Shown: in pieces, positions 39,922 to 48,794 of the stretch
How the letters are laid out: every line of letters starts with the position of its first letter
How positions within the stretch are numbered: position 1 is the stretch's first letter
From: Puniceicoccales bacterium
GTDB taxonomy: Bacteria > Verrucomicrobiota > Verrucomicrobiia > Opitutales > LL51
NCBI GenBank assembly: GCA_031255715.1
Contig: JAIRRZ010000009.1
Span: 1-56,252, forward strand
Length of the DNA: 56,252 nucleotides
Direction of reading: 5' to 3'
The notes under the pieces: model-generated
What the model saw: the letters and a program-made list of their open reading frames with translations, nothing else
What the model was told of the DNA's origin: nothing
Databases searched by the model: none
Translations under genes and position numbers: made by a program

Positions 39922-41292
39922 ATGTTTAGTAAAGTTTTAGGAAAATCAATTTTATCGATCGTCGTTTTATTATGGGCTTTTTGGAGTTTAATTCCCCTTA
40001 GTGATCGTCCTTTTAACGATTTTATTGCCCATCGCGCAACGGCACAAGTTAATGAATTTTCCGGTTTACTTTCGCAGGCAAAATTGCGAGTACAACTTAA
40101 GCAATCGCCTTCCATTTTTGTTGCATTAAAAGACATCGCCCGGATTGAAAAAATTGATCTCTCCTCTTATTTTTCAGATATCAAGTTACAGGATATTAAA
40201 AATTTAGACAAAAAGAACAAAATTTTGATGGATACGTTACTACGGGAATCCAAAGGACGCCTCAAACAAGGACTCGATCTCAAAGGTGGTATCGCGTTTA
40301 CTCTAAAAATTGCGGACAATGTAACCAAAGAAAAAGATTTGAATTTGCGGCGGAGTCAGCTCGAAAAAGCGGCCCAAATTATGCGTCACCGCCTCGACGG
40401 TATGGGCGTTGCTGAACCAGTCATTCGCGCGCGCGGTGACGATGAAATCGAAATTCAGTTACCGGGGATTTCTATGCAAGATAATCCAGAAATTGTTGAT
40501 GCGGTAAAGCGTCCAGCAAAATTGGAATTCCGGTTAGTACATGAAGATCGCCCGCACAGTTTAGATCCTCAAACAATACCTATCGGCTATGAATTGTTAT
40601 TTTCCGAGTCGGAAAATTACCAAACCGGTGAAATGAAAATGATCCCCTACTATGTCAAAAAGATTCCAGAAATTACCGGTAAAATGGTAAAAAATGCCCA
40701 TACCACCTTAAATCAATACGGTGGGTTTGAAATTAGTCTCGAAATGAAATCACAGGAAGGCGTCGATCAATTCGCTAAGGTTACGAAGGATAATATTGGT
40801 CGCTCACTGGGAATTGTTCTCGATGGAAAATTATATTCAGCACCGCGCATTAACTGTGAAATTCCCAATGGCATGGCAAGTATTTCAGGACATTTTTCCC
40901 AGCGTGAAGCACTTGAGTTGACTAATATCCTCAATAATCCTTTGGAATTTGAACTCATTCTAACGGAAATTCAAGAAATCGGACCTTCCCTCGCTGAAGG
41001 GGCAAAAAGAAATTCTATGTATGCAACACTTTTAGGCGTGGGATTAGTGATCTTATTTATGATTGCCTACTATCGCATATCGGGATTAGTCGCCGTTTTC
41101 ACCATTCTCGCCAATATACTCATTGTTCTCGGGCTTATGGCAATGATTGAAGCAACTTTGACCCTTCCCGGCGTAGCCGCATTGGTTTTAACAGCAGGCA
41201 TGGGAGTCGATTCGAATAGTTGGATTTTTGAGCGCACGCGCAGAATGAGCTCTGGGAAAACGAATGCGTCTGGAACTTGCAGCGGGCTATGA
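39922..41292 (+). CDS. secD: Protein-export membrane protein SecD portion (3' end out of frame with the remainder)
   Basis: LKQGLDLKGGIAFTL, MRHRLDGMGVAEPVIRARGDDEIEIQLPG, LGIVLDGKLYSAPRI, IGPSLAEG.., LTLPGVAALVLTAGMGVDSN. After IFER the ORF tail (TRRMSSGKTNASGTCSGL) is not SecD-like. Confidence 0.85.
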   Translation: MFSKVLGKSILSIVVLLWAFWSLIPLSDRPFNDFIAHRATAQVNEFSGLLSQAKLRVQLKQSPSIFVALKDIARIEKIDLSSYFSDIKLQDIKNLDKKNKILMDTLLRESKGRLKQGLDLKGGIAFTLKIADNVTKEKDLNLRRSQLEKAAQIMRHRLDGMGVAEPVIRARGDDEIEIQLPGISMQDNPEIVDAVKRPAKLEFRLVHEDRPHSLDPQTIPIGYELLFSESENYQTGEMKMIPYYVKKIPEITGKMVKNAHTTLNQYGGFEISLEMKSQEGVDQFAKVTKDNIGRSLGIVLDGKLYSAPRINCEIPNGMASISGHFSQREALELTNILNNPLEFELILTEIQEIGPSLAEGAKRNSMYATLLGVGLVILFMIAYYRISGLVAVFTILANILIVLGLMAMIEATLTLPGVAALVLTAGMGVDSNSWIFERTRRMSSGKTNASGTCSGL

Positions 41293-42397
41293 AAAAGCAT
41301 TTTCAACAATTTTCGATGCCAATATTACAACATTGCTTTCCGCGCTTATTCTGATTTGGCTAGGAACGGGACCCGTGCGTGGATTCGGAGTGATTTTAGC
41401 AATTGGTATTTTTGCAACCATGTTCTGCGCCTTGGTTTTAAACCGCGCACTAATGATGATTCTGATCGATCTAGGCTTTGAAAATTTACTGAAAAAACAT
41501 AGTGGCAAAATTGGGAAATTTGATTTCATGGCCAACCAAAAGGTGGCGTATATCGTATCCTTGGCTATCATCGGATTGGGACTATTTGCATTCATAATTC
41601 GCGGCAATAATATCTATGGCATCGATTTTACGGGTGGTGATGAAATGACACTCCAATTTGCAAAAAAACTGAATACCAACGACATTGAACGGTTAGCTAA
41701 AGAAAATGGTGTCGACGAAATTGGAATAGTATATCGCAAAAGTGTTAAGGATTCCGATGAAGTTTTATGTCTTCAGACAAAGGCAGGACAAGGAAAATTA
41801 CTATTTCAAAAATTGACCGATCAGTACCCACAGGCCCAATTAAAAATTATACACGAATCAAGCATCGGATCTTCGATGAGTAAAAAAATTAAATGGAATG
41901 CGTTTTATGCGGTAGTGGTTTCCCTACTGATGATTCTCATCTATATTGCCCTTCGATTTGAAATGGGGTTCGGCATGGGAGCGCTGATTTCAACCATCCA
42001 TGATATCGCAGCGACGGTTGGTATTTACCTGTTTCTAGGCCGGCAGTTTTCGGCACCAATGATCGCAGCCATTTTAATGATCATTGGCTATTCACTCAAT
42101 GATACTATTGTTGTTTTTGATCGCATTCGCGAAGAATTACATTTCAATCCAATGGCTTCCCTGAAAGAAATTATTAACTATTCTATCAACTGTACCCTAT
42201 CGAGAACGATTTTGACCAGTTTCACAACGCTTTTAGCGGTATTGGCTCTGTATTGTTTCGGAACAGGAACCATCAACGATTTGGCACTCATTTTTATTAT
42301 TGGCATTTTTGTGGGGACCTATTCTTCCATTTTCATTGCGGCCCCCATTTTTTACCGTTGGCATAGGGGTAATCGACAAACAGTGGAAATAAAATAG
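41264..42397 (+). CDS. secF: SecD C-terminal helices + SecF (continuation of secDF in the +1 frame)
   Basis: Begins LELAAGYEKAFSTIFDANITTLLSALILIWLGTGPVRGFGVILAIGIF (last SecD TMs), then SecF: GIDFTGG, HDIAATVGIY, LNDTIVVFDRIRE, SRTILTSFTTLL. This frame is open from 41249. Confidence 0.85.
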   Translation: MRLELAAGYEKAFSTIFDANITTLLSALILIWLGTGPVRGFGVILAIGIFATMFCALVLNRALMMILIDLGFENLLKKHSGKIGKFDFMANQKVAYIVSLAIIGLGLFAFIIRGNNIYGIDFTGGDEMTLQFAKKLNTNDIERLAKENGVDEIGIVYRKSVKDSDEVLCLQTKAGQGKLLFQKLTDQYPQAQLKIIHESSIGSSMSKKIKWNAFYAVVVSLLMILIYIALRFEMGFGMGALISTIHDIAATVGIYLFLGRQFSAPMIAAILMIIGYSLNDTIVVFDRIREELHFNPMASLKEIINYSINCTLSRTILTSFTTLLAVLALYCFGTGTINDLALIFIIGIFVGTYSSIFIAAPIFYRWHRGNRQTVEIK

Positions 42398-42760
42398 AGA
42401 CTATTTTCTGAGTTCTTTAGGTAGGAGATGCCATGCAAACAAATTAACAATTATTGGATTTGTGAAATAATTAGGCCATGGTTATGGAAAAAGTTTTGAT
42501 AGGCTATTATCAGTGATGAGAAAAACCTATGGTACCAATGGTATTTTTGCTGAGAATATTCATATCAAGTTTCAAAATTAATTTGACAAAATCATAGGGA
42601 ATGCAGACAATTGATATCCTTTCGAATGTAATCATTATTTTTCTCCTATGCCTATCAATCTTAACCCCCTATCAAGTTTTCGTTTTCATTCAAATATCTA
42701 TAAAATAAAGTCTTGCTAATTTTTTTTAAAATAAATGAATGAAGCAGGGGTTAGATATCT

Positions 42761-44497
42761 TTGGCAAAAGGTCGTATAGTGAAGTGGAAGTTTTCGGATT
42801 GTAACGAAGATCAAAGGAATTTTCTAGCTGCTCAATTAGGTATTTCAAAAATCATAAGCAACATTCTCCTACAGCGAGGGTTTGAGAAAGTTACCGATGC
42901 GAAACACTTTATTACACCTAAAATTTCCGACTTAGATGATCCTTTCTTGATCAAGAACATGGATTCCGCCGTTACCCTATTAGATCGACATGTGCAACGG
43001 AAATCGACCATTTCCATCATCGGTGATTACGACGTGGATGGTATTACGAGCACGGCATTGCTCATCGATGTATTAAAACAATTTGGTATCTATCCACAGT
43101 ATTTTGTTCCGCGACGGTTTTCCGAGGGCTATGGCATGTCAAAGGAAATTGTCCATCGCATGCTCAAAAAAAGTAATCCCAATCTCGTCATCGCATTGGA
43201 TTGCGGCACTAACTCCATAGATGAAATTCGCTCCCTTATTAAAAAAGGTATTGAGGTTTTGGTCATTGATCACCATACGCTGACAATGAATCGGAAGCAA
43301 ATTGGAACGATCATCAATCCCCATCTAACTGAGCACAATATTTCATTGCAGTCCATGTGTACCGTAGGATTAGTTTTCAAGTTTGTACATGCATTTTTAA
43401 AACATCGGCGGACACAAAATGATGAGCGAGCCTTTGCTATTCGCCTCAAAAGTTATTTTGATATCGTTGCCCTTGGCACAATCGCCGATATGATGCCCGT
43501 GCGCTATGAAAATCGCATCATTGTGAAATACGGACTACAAAGTTTTGCAAAGGAGCGTCGCCCGGGACTCGATGCTCTCTGCTCCGTTGCCAATATTCCT
43601 TCCGGACAAGCCATTACGCAGGCCGATGTTTCTTTTAAATTAGCGCCACGCATCAATGTGAGTGGACGGCTATCCGATGCCCTATTGCCCGTGGAATTGC
43701 TGATGGCAAGTGATATTTCCGAAGCTATGGTGATGGCTAAAAAAATTGATCAAATGAATCGGGAACGACAGCGCATTGAACATGCGGTTACCATAGAAGC
43801 ACAAAAAATGGTTCAGGAATACTATTTAAATGATCCGGGCATTGTGCTTTTCAATTCGGATTGGCATTCAGGAATAGTTGGCATTGTTGCGGGAAAGCTA
43901 GCGAAAGAATATGGTCGTCCTGTCATTGTCATGTCTTTGGAACGTGGTATAGCAAAGGGTTCCGGAAGGAGCGCAAATGTTAACTTAGTTGATGTTTTGA
44001 CGCAATGCACAATGCACACCGAAAATTGGGGCGGGCATAAAATGGCCATAGGAGTTGCTTTGAAACCGGAAAACGTCAATATATTTCGCAGTGCATTTAA
44101 TCATGCAATTTCACAAATCAACAATGAAACTCAAGTTTTTGAAGAAGAAATTGAAATTGCCCATATTTTAGACAAGAACGATATCGATGAATCATTTGTT
44201 AGGGAATTAGAAAATTATTTACAGCCATACGGCCAACAAAACGAGGAACCTATTTTTTGCATTCGGAACGTTCGTTTTACAAAAAACACGGAATTTTTTG
44301 GTATCAATAGAAAGCATTTTCGTTTTTGGATTGAGCGCAAAGATAAGCCATGGCTATGCGGAATCGCCTGGGATATGGCTTCCTATTTTCCTGAGTATGA
44401 TCGCGATATTGACATATTAGTATGCATTGCCTTTGATTTTTGGAACAATGAGCGCTTTCTTCTTTTACGTCTCATTGACTGGCGTTATTCTCTTTAA
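42761..44497 (+). CDS. recJ: Single-stranded-DNA-specific exonuclease RecJ
   Basis: DHH motifs IIGDYDVDGITS, ALDCG, VIDHH, GTIADMMP. DHHA1 GGHKMAIG. TTG start in the ORF track. Confidence 0.9.
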   Translation: MAKGRIVKWKFSDCNEDQRNFLAAQLGISKIISNILLQRGFEKVTDAKHFITPKISDLDDPFLIKNMDSAVTLLDRHVQRKSTISIIGDYDVDGITSTALLIDVLKQFGIYPQYFVPRRFSEGYGMSKEIVHRMLKKSNPNLVIALDCGTNSIDEIRSLIKKGIEVLVIDHHTLTMNRKQIGTIINPHLTEHNISLQSMCTVGLVFKFVHAFLKHRRTQNDERAFAIRLKSYFDIVALGTIADMMPVRYENRIIVKYGLQSFAKERRPGLDALCSVANIPSGQAITQADVSFKLAPRINVSGRLSDALLPVELLMASDISEAMVMAKKIDQMNRERQRIEHAVTIEAQKMVQEYYLNDPGIVLFNSDWHSGIVGIVAGKLAKEYGRPVIVMSLERGIAKGSGRSANVNLVDVLTQCTMHTENWGGHKMAIGVALKPENVNIFRSAFNHAISQINNETQVFEEEIEIAHILDKNDIDESFVRELENYLQPYGQQNEEPIFCIRNVRFTKNTEFFGINRKHFRFWIERKDKPWLCGIAWDMASYFPEYDRDIDILVCIAFDFWNNERFLLLRLIDWRYSL

Positions 44498-44832
44498 TAA
44501 TTTCGAATATACATTGCTTCCAATGATTACTTATGGTAGTGACTAGCTGGAATCATGTCAGCCAAATATATCAGATATTCTATTCTTCTTTGCGTGAAGA
44601 TTTAAAATAAATTTAATTTTTTAGCAAAAAATTTTCCCATTTTCAATGGGTATAGGCGCTACACAAAAACTATATAGATTCTCAGGATAACCTGTAACAA
44701 TACCTCCATATGTTTCGAACTGATTTAGAAAATCTAAGCAAAAACAATCAAGCAACGATCAAACAATGCAACTATGCGGTAAAAAATAAAAATATCAAAA
44801 AATAATAATGAAATAAAATACAACTAAACGAT

Positions 44833-45381
44833 TTAACGGGACAGACATTTAGGAAATACTTCAATGAATTCAGTTTTATCGGGATAATCCTGCGGTTTCA
44901 CATTTTTCGTATCCAATCGATGGCGCGCCACAAGAAATTCTCCAGCATTTTGAAACCAATTAATCGGAAATTCTTTCACTAACTGTAACCACGTATGCTC
45001 TAACCCACCTTCATATTTCTCTGCTTCATCCAAGTAGCGTTCAAAATATAACCGAATTTTTTCCCTTAAATTACCATCATTGCTATCCGAATTTTTAGAA
45101 AATTGATGCGCAATTTCTAGTAATGTTTTATCAACCTTAGACTGTGATGTCTCCCCCTGCAGCAAATAGAATGGACTGACATGAAATAACTGGGCAATCT
45201 TTTCTATGACAGCACGCGTCCCCGGTACTCTTCCATTGCGCCAGGTACTAATCGTAGATATAGCTGCCCCCGTCGCCTCACTCACATCTTTCAATGTTAG
45301 GTTATGATACCCCAACAATAACCGGAATCGTAAACCGAATCCGTTATCTCCATCTTTATCACGCTCCACGGCCATTCCCAT
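44833..45381 (-). CDS. XRE/Cro-C1-type HTH transcriptional regulator with unknown C-terminal domain
   Basis: FGLRFRLLLGYHNLTLKDVSEATGAAISTISTWRNGRVP..IEKIAQLFHVSPFYLL is a canonical HTH_3 pattern. Transcribed divergently from two small ORFs. Confidence 0.8.
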   Translation of the reverse strand: MGMAVERDKDGDNGFGLRFRLLLGYHNLTLKDVSEATGAAISTISTWRNGRVPGTRAVIEKIAQLFHVSPFYLLQGETSQSKVDKTLLEIAHQFSKNSDSNDGNLREKIRLYFERYLDEAEKYEGGLEHTWLQLVKEFPINWFQNAGEFLVARHRLDTKNVKPQDYPDKTEFIEVFPKCLSR

Positions 45382-45427
45382 AAAATTTTTTCATCTTGAG
45401 TAGAATCTTTTTGACTTTTTGCCCGAA

Positions 45428-45444
45428 AGTGTAATTATTACACT
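45428..45444. promoter_or_regulatory. Perfect 17-bp palindrome, candidate operator in the divergent promoter region
   Basis: agtgtaat-t-attacact (8-bp arms) sits 47 bp from the XRE start and immediately downstream of a TTGACT hexamer (45411-45416). Confidence 0.5.
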
Positions 45445-45542
45445 CCAGTTTGCAGAAATGAGTCCTATATTCTTCTTTCAAAGTAAGGTTTTGGAAATTT
45501 TTGCAACACTAAGTTGGTCATATTTGAAATTTTGTGCATTCC

Positions 45543-45779
45543 ATGGAAAGTTCGGCCGAAAAACTAATAAAATATGTGCTCGAAAAACTCGAAACGGAAC
45601 CCGTCGAGGAAAGGGTGCGACTTTATGATGTTTTAGCGGGCTTTATGCCCGACGAAGAAGCCAGCTCAAAATTAAGAGAATGCTCAGAAGAATTACGTCA
45701 AATTGACTTAAAAATTCAAGGTCTTAAATCTTTCTTTTTTTTAACTAATAAACATGAAAACTACGAATGTAAATGTTGA
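45543..45779 (+). CDS. Small acidic helical protein (hypothetical)
   Basis: 78-aa ORF from ATG 45543. It overlaps the next ORF by 26 nt. No family recognised. Confidence 0.35.
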   Translation: MESSAEKLIKYVLEKLETEPVEERVRLYDVLAGFMPDEEASSKLRECSEELRQIDLKIQGLKSFFFLTNKHENYECKC

Positions 45780-46110
45780 ATATTTCCGTTTCATGGTCCC
45801 CGATCAGGAATGGTTTTCACCAAAAGAGATGGCTAGCATTGTCGGGAAAACAGATCAATATATCCGTGACGCGTTCGATAATCAAAAAATCTTAGGACAT
45901 GTCGCTAATGGTCGTTCCCCACGCGGTCAAGAAAAACGTAAAACATATCAAATCCATCGTGATGGTGTTCTCCTCTATCTACTAGAAACGGCAAATTACT
46001 CTCCGGAAGATTTCGCAGAACGTATTGCAGAAATCATCCGCTCTAAACCAGAAATGACACTCAAAAAAATAAAAATGACTGTCGATAATCTCCTCACAAA
46101 GTGGAATTAG
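45754..46110 (+). CDS. Small HTH protein, excisionase/MerR-like
   Basis: FSPKEMASIVGKTDQYIRDAFDNQKILGH resembles HTH_17/excisionase-type helix-turn-helix. 118 aa. Confidence 0.5.
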   Translation: MKTTNVNVEYFRFMVPDQEWFSPKEMASIVGKTDQYIRDAFDNQKILGHVANGRSPRGQEKRKTYQIHRDGVLLYLLETANYSPEDFAERIAEIIRSKPEMTLKKIKMTVDNLLTKWN

Positions 46111-46804
46111 CTGCTTTGATGAGCTTTTCTTTCCGAAAGGAAAAAATATCGTAACGCGCAACAATGATATGATCAATGAAACGAATACCCAAAGATTCGG
46201 AAATTTTTTCGATTTTCTTCGTTATTAGGTGATCATGATCGGAAGGCACGGAACTACCGGATGGATGGTTATGGGCAATAATGATGGCACTGGCATGCCG
46301 AAACAACGCACATTCAATAACTTTTCGTGGATAAGCGTTGGTACGATCAACCACACCTTCTTCAAGTCGAACCACTCCATCCCTTAGTAGCTCCAAACGT
46401 GTATTCAAAAGCGCAACTTCGAAAACCTCCCTTTTGTTATCCCTAAGTCGCAATCGCCAAAATCGCTCCAACCGATCGTAATTATCTAGGATACAAACGT
46501 TGAGTTCAAGACTCCTCATCAGATAGATCTCCATAAATGTTTTAACAATCTTAAAAGCAAGTGGCGCAACGGTTCCCATGCCCTTCACCTCCGCTAATTC
46601 ATGGACATCGGCATCAAAAATAGCACAAATGGAACCAAACTTTTGGAGCAATGCTCTAGCCAGGGACTTAACATCTTTTCTTGGTAAACAGAGGGTAAGA
46701 AATAGCTCAACAATTTCATGCTCTGCAAATCCAACAAAACCAGACTTTGCAAAACGCTCGCGTAAACGCGAACGATGTCCTGCGCAATCTTTAGACAATC
46801 CCAT
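46094..46804 (-). CDS. radC: RadC/YicR-family JAB-domain protein
   Basis: HRSRLRERF, HhH segment ELAEVKGMG, JAMM motif AIIIAHNHPSGSSVPSDHD. Its 3' end overlaps the convergent HTH ORF by 17 nt. Confidence 0.88.
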   Translation of the reverse strand: MGLSKDCAGHRSRLRERFAKSGFVGFAEHEIVELFLTLCLPRKDVKSLARALLQKFGSICAIFDADVHELAEVKGMGTVAPLAFKIVKTFMEIYLMRSLELNVCILDNYDRLERFWRLRLRDNKREVFEVALLNTRLELLRDGVVRLEEGVVDRTNAYPRKVIECALFRHASAIIIAHNHPSGSSVPSDHDHLITKKIEKISESLGIRFIDHIIVARYDIFSFRKEKLIKAANSTL

Positions 46805-47184
46805 ACATGTTATGTCAATTGCAAATTACAAAAAAAATCAAGCTTTTATTTTCTTTTTATAGCCCAATTCGATGGATAATAAGCATCCACATCCGAAAAC
46901 ATCGTAGCGCAAATGAGTATTTAGAGATTGGCATATTTTTTGGAACAAAAATGCCATTCACGTCGCTTGGTCACAAAAAAGCAATAGCCTATGATATAGG
47001 CTTGATAAATGGTCAAAAAATAAATCAAATCGAGGGCATAGAAAAGCATAAATGGTCCATTCATCACTTTCACTTGCAAACGATTTGTTTTACATTATAG
47101 TTAAAGACTTTTTCCTAAAATTTTCTCTCTATCCAAAAAACTTGTCCCGTGATATTTTTTGTATATATTTAAAATGCTTTTACT

Positions 47185-48633
47185 GTGGATGAGCATTTAA
47201 AAATTTGTATGGTTTCCCCCGAATGGACACCATTTGCTAGGACAGGTGGCCTCGGTGACTGCGTCGCCTCGCTTTCGAAATTTATTGCTCAGCTAGGCCA
47301 TGAAATCAAAGTTATTCTTCCCAAATATGCCTCCATTATACTTCCCGCCGGTACCATCGAACACCTGCAACCCGTGATTGTCAATATGGGCTATGGCACC
47401 GAATACGGAAAAATTTGGGAATATAAAATGGACAATTTATCCATTTATTTCATTGAGTTTAAACGCTATTTCGATCGCAACGGTATCTATTCCGATCACT
47501 ATAGCGACTTCTCCGATAATCCCGAACGTTTCGCATTCCTATCGCGCATGGCCATCGATTTGTGTTACCATTTGAATTGGATTCCGGACGTCATCCATGG
47601 ACATGATTGGACAACGGGACTTATTCCTGTGATGTTGGATACAATCGAACGCAATAAACCCATGGGACATTGTGGCTTTGTTTTTACAATTCATAATTTG
47701 CAGCATCACGGCTATGCGCCAAAATCAATTCTCGATTTTCTAGGCATTCCGCACCATGTATTTCGTGCCGATGGGGTCGAAGCCTTCGGCCAGGTAAATA
47801 TGATGAAAGCTGGTATCTACTTCGCCACCAAATTAACCACGGTCAGTGAAAACTACGCCAAAGAAATTCAACAACCGGAATTTGGTTTCGGTTTAGATTC
47901 TTCTTTAAAATTTCGCGCCAGCGATCTCATTGGTATTCGCAATGGCATCGATGAATACTTATGGTCTCCGGAAACTGATCCATTTTTGCCCGTAAAATTT
48001 TCACCAACAAATCTAAATGGTAAAGCGATTTGCAAAAAAAAATTACAAATCTATTGCAACTTTACTAGGGAACGCAAAATACCCCTATTCGGTATCGTCT
48101 CACGCCTCTATGAGCAAAAAGGACTCGATGTTTTTGCAAATATTTTGCCTAGTCTTCTGGAAAACCTTAACATTCAGGTTGTGCTTTTGGGAAATGGTGA
48201 CCATTTTTTAGAATCTCGATTTATTCAAATTGCAAAAAAATACCACGAGCGTTGCTTTGTGCATATTGGATTTCACGAAATGTTATCCCATCTTATTGAA
48301 GCAGGCGCTGATTTTTTTGTAATGCCGAGCCGCTTTGAACCCTGCGGGCTAAATCAGATGTACTCCATGCGCTACGGAACACTTCCGATCGCGCGCGCAA
48401 CGGGAGGACTCAAGGACACGATTCAACATCTTTCCGGTTCAACTGGAACAGGATTTTTATTCCAGGACTTAACGGATTCCGCACTTTACAATACAATTCG
48501 CTGGATATGTGATCTCTATAGGAATACGCCCGAAGTAGTAACGATAATGCGGAAGCATGCCATGAGACAAGACTTTTCCTGGAACACCTCCGCCAAAAAG
48601 TACATCGATGTCTACCGTTGGGCACGGAAATAG
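47185..48633 (+). CDS. glgA: Glycogen synthase (ADP-glucose type)
   Basis: KICMVSPEWTPFARTGGLGDCV, HGHDWTTGL, FTIHNLQHHG, MPSRFEPCGLNQMY..YGT.PIARATGGL. GTG start. Confidence 0.92.
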   Translation: MDEHLKICMVSPEWTPFARTGGLGDCVASLSKFIAQLGHEIKVILPKYASIILPAGTIEHLQPVIVNMGYGTEYGKIWEYKMDNLSIYFIEFKRYFDRNGIYSDHYSDFSDNPERFAFLSRMAIDLCYHLNWIPDVIHGHDWTTGLIPVMLDTIERNKPMGHCGFVFTIHNLQHHGYAPKSILDFLGIPHHVFRADGVEAFGQVNMMKAGIYFATKLTTVSENYAKEIQQPEFGFGLDSSLKFRASDLIGIRNGIDEYLWSPETDPFLPVKFSPTNLNGKAICKKKLQIYCNFTRERKIPLFGIVSRLYEQKGLDVFANILPSLLENLNIQVVLLGNGDHFLESRFIQIAKKYHERCFVHIGFHEMLSHLIEAGADFFVMPSRFEPCGLNQMYSMRYGTLPIARATGGLKDTIQHLSGSTGTGFLFQDLTDSALYNTIRWICDLYRNTPEVVTIMRKHAMRQDFSWNTSAKKYIDVYRWARK

Positions 48634-48794
48634 TTTTTTCGATATGGACTAAATTGAAACCTTAAAATAACTCAACACGGCCCATATTATATTTATCAAA
48701 AACAGTCTATTATCATATTTATCATTGCAAACCAAACGATACGGAATAACCGAATGTCACAGCTGGAGTGATTTTTTTATAAATACAATGGCAA

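Noticed and set aside
41246-41248. TGA read-through or recoding as the explanation for the secDF break
   Set aside because: The TGA is in the +1 frame upstream of the SecD-like continuation. The homologous reading upstream is in frame 0, so a frame change is required regardless of how TGA is decoded. TGA is also used as an ordinary stop elsewhere, e.g. 867-869 and 55980-55982.
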